Shown: piece after piece, positions 57,140 to 64,000 of the stretch | Layout: each line of letters opens with the position of its first letter | Numbering within the stretch: position 1 is the stretch's first letter | The notes under the pieces: generated by a model | Told to the model about the DNA's origin: nothing | What the model saw: the letters and a program-made list of their open reading frames with translations, nothing else | Database searches by the model: none | Translations under genes and position numbers: made by a program | NCBI GenBank assembly: GCA_029717555.1 | Contig: JAMDHS010000003.1 | Span: forward strand, 124,001-188,000 | Direction: 5' to 3' | Source of the DNA: Peribolospora baueri | Lineage: Eukaryota | Length of the DNA stretch: 64,000 nucleotides

Positions 57140-60100
57140 TCACCGAGTCCCGCCCGTACTTCCCTCCCGAACCTTCTTGTTTGGCCTTACCCCTCCTCCC
57201 GCCATTGTCAGACTCGTTGTCGTAGCGTCCGTCATCACATTCACCCCAGCCTCTTCCGTCCCCGCCGTCACCCAGGGCGGATCTGCGCCGTTCACTCCAT
57301 CCGCTGTTCTTCTTGTCATCGCCCCTAGTCCCTTCACAGCCTCCGCTCCCGTCAAGAGGTCGCTCTCCTGCATGTCGCTCTTTCGTTTCCTGTGTCCAGC
57401 CCTTGTCGCTCCTGAAGGCGTCCTCACACCGGGATTTTCGCTCTCTGCCGAGACCGTTACGGGAGGAGCTCTAGTCTTTCCCTTCGCGGTCACGCTCGTC
57501 GTCCCTGCCGGAGACGCAAGGCCTGATGTGGCCTCAGACCGCGAAAGACTCTCCGCGGGACTATTCGCGGCAGCGGGCCTCCCTGAGCCCATGTACTGAT
57601 TGAGCGAGCTGTTCGGGGACGTGACGCTCGTCGGCTCGAGGATGGGCGTAGCGGTGACGAGAGGGTCCGGGCCGGAGCTGGTGGAGGCGAGGGCGGAAAG
57701 AGAAGACGGGCCGGCTAGAGAAGTGGACGAAATTCCGCTGGCGGTTTCGAAGGAGAAAGGGAAAGATGAAGCGGACGGGGAGGGCATGCTGAACAGGTTC
57801 TCCGGGGAAGAATGGGGAGTTTCAACTGTCGTTCGCCAATATGGCACATGAGTGAAATGGAGAACAAATATCATCAGCCACTTTCCATCTCCCTTCGACG
57901 CATTGCGCCGTTCGTTCCAGCCCGGGATGATCACTTACCGAACTGATTTAAGAACGAGTCCAGATCAAATTCCGGGGCGACCGCTCCATCAGCCTCCGAA
58001 AGCCCTGTTGACCCGGTGCCGCCTCCCACAAACGATGACGACGATGGGATCCCGGCCAATCCCGTCGCGGGCGCAGCTCCAGCGGCACTCGAAACGACGT
58101 TTGGCACATCTTCAACTCCCGCCCCTCCGACTCCACCGGCGTCAGCCACCGTTGTCCTCGCGCCGGGCGCGGATAGACCGACTGAAGTAGCGGCCGTGGC
58201 AGCATCATGTTGCCGGTCTAACGCCAATGCTGCGTCGGTAGCAACGCTCTCGGCTCTCGGGTTGATATTGAGGCTCTCCACTAGGGCGTTGATACTCTTC
58301 GACACGTTGTTCACGTCGGAGGTCGTCTTTTCAAGCCCTTTCGTGTTGTTGTAAAGGGTGGAGAAGGGTGAGAATGCCATGTCCTCGTTCCCTTCGCTTT
58401 GAACTTGGGCTTGCAACTGGCGCTGGAGATGGCCGGGCGTCAGGGTCGCTTCCTTCCGGTTGAGAGGGGACTTCGCGTCAATGCCTTGTGGAGCTCGAGA
58501 GGTAGAAGAGGGAGAGACGGCGGAGGAAGAAGGCCAAGAGAGCATTGGGGCGGAAGGTACGAGGACTTGGGAGAGGGCCTGCAACTGCGATCGTACCGCC
58601 GGATCCGTGAACTGGGGCGAAGCCTGTCGCAGCGCTTCGTGCGCCGCCGAATGTTCTGAAGCTGTGGAACCTCCAGACGGCAACCCATGGAGCCAGGCTG
58701 ATAGCGAAGCTTGGGGTGTGCCCATGGGCATCGGTCCATTGTCCCCACTTCCGCCGCTGTTGTTGGCTGTGGACGTGGAATAGGGGTAAGTGAACCGGTC
58801 CGAGTCGTCAACTGAGTCAAAGTTGAAGGTACCATTAGGCGAGGCAGCTTGGATGACCTGCGAGAGCGCATTCATTGCCGCTGGATCCAGCTTGAACCCC
58901 GTCGGATTAGAGGGGCTCGGAGACCCTCCTCCATTTCCTCCGCCTTGATTCGAGAACAGACTGGCAAAGAACTGCTGTCCACCCTCCGCTTGGGCCAGTG
59001 CTTGGAGCATGTTGGCGAACTGTTGTCCCTGAGTGCTACTCCCTCGCTTCACCCCTGAGCTAGTTCGACCGTCGAACTCGTTTTGTTGCGGAGGCGGGGA
59101 ATAGCCGAGCTGGCTGAAGCGAGTGGAGTCATCCGGCAAACCAGTTGGGGCTTTTTACAATAAAGAATGAAGATAAGTCTCCAGCTTATCTCGAAGATGT
59201 CGAGCCCGATAAGCCGTGGGACATTTTCCCGCCGCCACGTTCACTCACCCTTCGACGAAGATGCGTCTGCACCGTCATCCTGATCATCAAACGGCAATTC
59301 GATCTCCTCGAAATCATCCGAGTTCCCTACTCCGCCCGCGTCCGCGCCAAATACACCTCCGACTTTGCCATCGCCGATGAGCAGTCGGTTCTTCTTCTTC
59401 GGAACCACCGCCACCCTCCTGCCGCTCGCCGCTCCAGCCGCCCCAGCCTCCGTACCGAACACGCCAGCGAGGAAGCGCAGGATGCGATTGATGGTATCCT
59501 GCTGCCGCTTGCTTCGCTGGCGCGACTCGATCGCCTCTTTCCAGAGGTGTTGGTTGCTGTTCTGAAGATGCTTAAGATCCGCGAGAATGGTGTTCTGATT
59601 GCGCTTGATCGTTTGTATCGCCGTCAGTGCCGTCGACAGGTCCAGCGTGCCCGCCGAACCGCTCGAGCCGGAGCCCCCGGCGCTGGCGATAAGTTCGTCA
59701 GAGTGGTCATGCTCATTCGGCATCGGTCGCTTGCGCTGAACAAGCGAAAGCAGCTCCGGCCGACCGCGTTTAAAGTTTTGGTTGTTGAACTCCCAAAGCT
59801 CCATGGTCGAGTCCGAGTCGTGCTTGAGGACGCCTTGATGAAGATGAGGCACCTTATGGAATCCATACATGTTCAGTTGGCGCACGAACGAGGAGAAGTT
59901 GCGATGCTTGAAAAAGCGAGGCACAAGCTCTTCACCGAAGCGGACATGGTTGGGGACTAGTGACGGCCAACGGTCATCCATTATCAGTGAGATAAATTCA
60001 TGAGCTCATTTAGCAGGTCAGACGAGAGAAGACGGAGAGCAAACGCACCGATGAACGACTCGCCGCTAGGAGACCACCTGATCAATTCGTCCGTCGCAGG

Positions 60101-60354
60101 GTCATTCACCATCCTGAGACCGTATAAGGCGCATAAACCAACCCAACCCCCCCAAGGGACAATGGAAAACCAAGCCATACCAAGTCAGCAAAAACCCGTT
60201 GGAGCGGATCAAAGGTTCGACTGGGTGAGGAGGAAATGCAAACGCACGAGTATAGCTTGGAGACAAAAGGCGGCATAGCAGGCGGCCGAGGTACGCCGGA
60301 CTGGATCTGCTTAGCATCTTGACCGGAGTTGTTGGTGCTGCTCCCGCTTGCCAT
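57140..60354 (-). CDS. HSF1: Heat shock transcription factor (HSF DNA-binding domain plus HR-A/B coiled coil), multi-exon
   Basis: PPFVSKLY|.MVNDPATDELIRWSPSGESFI|VPNHVRFGEELVPRFFKHRNFSSFVRQLNMYGFHKVPHL...WEFNNQNFKRGRPELL, then IKRNQNTILADLKHLQNSNQHLWKEA...QQDTINRILRFLAGVF. Confidence 0.93.
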
Positions 60355-61235
60355 GATGAAGCAAGTAATAGCAGATGGAGTGATTTAACCAACGTTTGTA
60401 TGGTCGGGGGAACCGAAGAACGAGTAACGATGAGAGGTAGTCGGGTCCGGAGATGGGGCGACTTTCGATACTGCCCGTTGGCGACAAAAGGGAGTGGCGA
60501 CAAGGCAAACAGAAAGTTGATCCGGATAAGAAGTTAAAGAGCTAAGATGGTATGCCGTGCGCTTCGAGGTCGTCATTGACTCTGTCCTTCGTCTGGCGTC
60601 GTCTTCGTTCCTCGTCTTGACGCTGCTTCTTTCATCTCACTCTCGCACTGCTGGCCCGAATTTCGTGGTTACCGACCGATCGTAGATTTTCTGCACGTGA
60701 TCGCGATCATGTAGAATTCTAGTTTACCGGTCCGGTCATCTCCGCTTGTGTCCGCCTCCGTCCATAGAAGGACGCCAGAGCATTCCTCACTCCGTTAGCT
60801 CCCGACCACTTGCGCCTTCTCTGTCTCTTCCTGTCTCTTCTGCATTTGAGGGCTGAAGCCCTTATGAGTATATAAGTGGCGCTCCGGGAGCGCCCCCTAT
60901 GTAGCAACCTAAGTGATCCCTCCTCACGTAAGCGTCCGGGACGACGTGAGCTCTCAATCACCGCTTCGGACTAGGGTTACGTCCTTCCTCACCTTGGCGG
61001 AGAGCAGGCGAGTGAAGACGGAGAATGGATCGAACGAGTACGATAGATAGTAAAGAGTCGAGTCGCGCTCACGCAACATAGACATATCGCACACAGGAAG
61101 GAGAGAAGCTGGATGTCGTTGATTTCTTTCGCGCCAAAGAAACGCAAGGCATCACTAGCTCTGGGGTACCACTCATCCTGTCTGCTCGTCCCTCCCGGGC
61201 CTCCTCATAGAACTCGCCGTGCCAAGGTAGCCCCT

Positions 61236-62770
61236 TCATGCCCCCCTTGACTCGTTAGTGTTCTCGCCGCCCTCCTTCTTTCCCATATCTGCCTTTCCCT
61301 TCTCCTTCTCGTCCTCCTTCTTGTCCTTCTTGTCCTTCTCTTCTTCCACCGTCCCGTCCACCAATCCCAACTCTCCCCTCGCGTTTTCCAGCCGGTTGTC
61401 GATCAGCGAATGCAAAGATATAACGGCCCGGATGAGCGAAGAAAGGTAGACGACGAGAAGCTGGTCGTTGGTGGCGATGGAAAAGCCCTTGGAGAGTTCC
61501 GGGGCCTCGAGGTTAGGGAGGAGATTGAAGATATCCTGCAAGTTGTACACGATCTGATGGTTTACCGGCAGCTCGCCTCGGACGACGGCTTGGAGATAGT
61601 CGCGGATTTCCGTCAGACGGGACTGAAGACCTCGGAGCGAGGAGAGCTGCTGTCCGACGCGGGTCGACAGTGTCCCCACCGCCGCGTTGTCTCGCACGTC
61701 GCGCAAGAGGTGCTCTACGCCGATTTCTTCCGCCTCCTCGGCCTCGATCTCGGAAGGGACGTGCATGAACGTCTTTTGCGTTGCCGTTCCGTCCTGAAAA
61801 GAAAGAAATACCAAAGAGAATCGATCTCAATAATGCTGCTCCCTTCGTTTTACCTGCATACCCCTCCAAGTACCCGTCTATCCTCCTCGGATAGATCTGG
61901 AATCGACATCAACCCGGCCTTGGGACTCCAACTCACGTCCTTGATCTCCTCCACAGCAAAGTACGCGTCCGTAGGGATGCCCACGTCCCTCTGTCGCGGG
62001 TCGACGATGACCATGACGGGGCGCGGGATGATCCGTCTGAACAGCTCGTTGATCTCCAGATCCGACGCGCGCAGCTTTGGGCCGGTGTGATACCAGCCGA
62101 CTATCTTTTCTCGGGCTGGAGAGGTGAGGCCGGATTTGAGAGAAGACAGGGGCAAAATGGGGACGCCCAAGTTTTAAGCAAAAGGTCTCCTTCATAGTAG
62201 CCCGAACCACGGGCACACATCATCACGTCCTCAAAATAGTACGACCGAATCATACGCGCATTCTTCCCCGCCAAACGTCTACTCACCGTTCACCTTCTTA
62301 AACATTCCAATCATGCCCTCAATGAAATCATGGTCGAGAAACCAAGTCCTGGGGTCTTTCTCGTCTTCCTCGAAGGGAACGGCAAACGAGTTGGCCACGT
62401 TGATAGTTTTGCCGTTGTCCTGGCCTAGCAACACGCCGACAACGCGCTTTCGGGAACCTGAGCGGGCTGCGTGGTCGGCCTGTGAGAGGGAGAGGGAAAG
62501 ACGAAGGGTCGCGCAGGCTGGTGAGAAGAATTGGGTGATAGGAGAAGAAGCGCATAGGGGAGCCGTCCGAGGCACAGCACTCACAACAGATAGGAGAACG
62601 AGAGGGTGAACTATGACGGTTGTGCTCGAGAGAGCGATCGTCTGCACACAAACGGAGCGCGAAGGAAGCAGAGAGAGCATGAACGAGCGTCACAGAGACG
62701 AAGTCTGTCTGCCCGAGACGAAGCGCGGCAGCAGACGACGACCTACCTCCTCTGTTGTTGCGGCAGGCAT
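61236..62770 (-). CDS. RPN8: 26S proteasome regulatory lid subunit Rpn8 (MPN domain), multi-exon
   Basis: [97 protein letters not shown] and [21 protein letters not shown]. Confidence 0.97.
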
Positions 62771-63204
62771 GTCTATCAAAGCAGGTCTGCCTCCGTCAGC
62801 TGTCAGAAAAAAGGCAATTGAAGGGGCGAAGGGGCGAAGGAGACGAGCGCTGGATGCTGGAGGTCGATGATGAGCGATGGCAATCAAGCACTCTCCAAAG
62901 TGATCGATGCCGCGCGGCCTGTCCCTCCATCCATCTCCGCTTATCTCCCGCCTTCCCCGTCCAGACGGCCGCGTATGCTCTCCGATCACACCTCAGAGGT
63001 CGACCACACCTCTCATCACCCGTCTCCCTCCTTCCACCACCACTTTCCCTCCCCTTTCCTAATACCTGCCTTCGGCCGTGCTCCTTCACTCAGCGAGCAA
63101 GCACCGCAACCGAGTTGTAAACCCTTTTGTTTTGGCCGACAGGTTCGTTGCGCGACGATCATTTTGGCAGCAAGAGATCCAGAGAAGAGAAGAATTGATC
63201 AGCC
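62771..63204. promoter_or_regulatory. Putative bidirectional promoter shared by RPN8 and PRE6
   Basis: 434 bp between divergent start codons. The top strand is purine-rich on the RPN8 side and pyrimidine-rich on the PRE6 side. Confidence 0.6.
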
Positions 63205-64000
63205 ATGTCAAGGTCTTACGATCGCGGTACGTACTTTTTCCGCCTTTGCGCCCCCTCTTTCTTCGTTAAACGTGGAACAACCCGCGAGGGAGAGATTTGA
63301 GCTGATCAACGCCTTGATCTGCTCGTACTTACTCTCCGATCGCCAGCCCTCACGGTCTTCAGCCCTGACGGACACGTGAGTGAATTACGTCTCCCGTCCT
63401 TGTTAGAGGTGGGAGGTGACGAGTACGTCGAAGCATGGATGCGCTGACACACCTTATCCGTATGCGCGTACTTTCTCATTGCACTTATTGCGCGATCTTC
63501 GTCGTAACAGCTGTTCCAGGTACGTTTGCTTCTGAACGGCCTGTCTCGATTGGTCGGGCAGCGCGGCACTTGCGCTTGTGCTGAATGCATTTCTGACGTC
63601 GGTTCATTTTCTCCGTTGCCTTATAGGTTGAATATGCGCTGGAAGCCGTGAGGAGGGGCACTTGCGCTGTGAGTGGCTGTGTCCTGTCGCGCATCTGTTT
63701 TGGCCTCATAACTTACTTTTATTTTTTTTTGGCTTCCCTTTCATTCCCGGTCTTGCTCATGATCAGGTCGGTGTCAAGGGAAAAGACGTCGTGGTGCTGG
63801 GTGTAGAGAAGAAGAGCGCCCTGCAGCTGCAGGACCCTAGGACGGTGCGCAAAACGGCCATGCTCGACGACCACGTCTGCTTGGCTTTCGCTGGTCAGTA
63901 CATGGACGCGGTCAGCTCGCCCAAGATGCGACTGGGCTTCTGTTCCGCTGGTATCCCTCTCTTACCTTTTGCTCCCTTCGACTTGCTTGTTCTGTTTGCC
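63205..64000 (+). CDS. PRE6: 20S proteasome alpha-4 subunit (5' part; runs off the window end)
   Basis: [76 protein letters not shown]. Includes a 9-nt micro-exon at 63511-63519. Confidence 0.94.

Noticed and set aside
60971..60980. TAACCCTA on the minus strand, resembling a telomerase RNA template for TTAGGG
   Set aside because: An 8-mer is expected by chance in 64 kb, it is sequestered in a predicted stem, and no pseudoknot or other TER element could be recognised.
1..64000. Transposons, CRISPR arrays, rRNA/snRNA genes or horizontally acquired bacterial operons
   Set aside because: I saw no transposase/RT/integrase motifs, LTRs/TIRs, spacer-repeat arrays or U1/U2/U5/U6 signature sequences. 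All recognisable genes are fungal housekeeping types.

Overview
Gene-dense, GC-rich, intron-rich eukaryotic DNA, almost certainly a basidiomycete fungus. It has short GT-AG introns with CTRAC-like branch points. A CENP-H-like gene would fit Pucciniomycotina, but that is inference. I can support 21 spliced or single-exon protein genes and one intron-containing tRNA-Pro(AGG). In order: SRP receptor alpha, tRNA-Pro, CBP3, GIS2/CNBP, nucleoside hydrolase, PCS60-like CoA ligase, STB6-like, IEC1-like zinc finger, ATP17, CTL-family transporter, NNK1-like kinase, arrestin-fold protein, SNF8, striatin, NHX1, YTP1/DUF2427 protein, VPS11, CENP-H-like, ATP15, HSF1, RPN8 and a partial PRE6. I found no transposon, CRISPR array or secondary-metabolite cluster. 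Most ORF-track entries are antisense or frame-shifted shadows. The best candidate for an undescribed system is an arrestin-fold protein whose disordered tail carries six copies of a helical SAxxEKxQLxRYY-like motif. It lies head-to-head with ESCRT-II SNF8, in a run of endosome/vacuole genes (NHX1, VPS11). Other leads are possibly regulated splicing in GIS2 (split ATG, long intron with a possible poison acceptor), a palindrome-rich structured element upstream of HSF1, a head-to-head RPN8/PRE6 proteasome pair and a very long kinase activation-segment insert. All gene identities come from motifs I recognise, not from database searches, and exon boundaries were read by eye.
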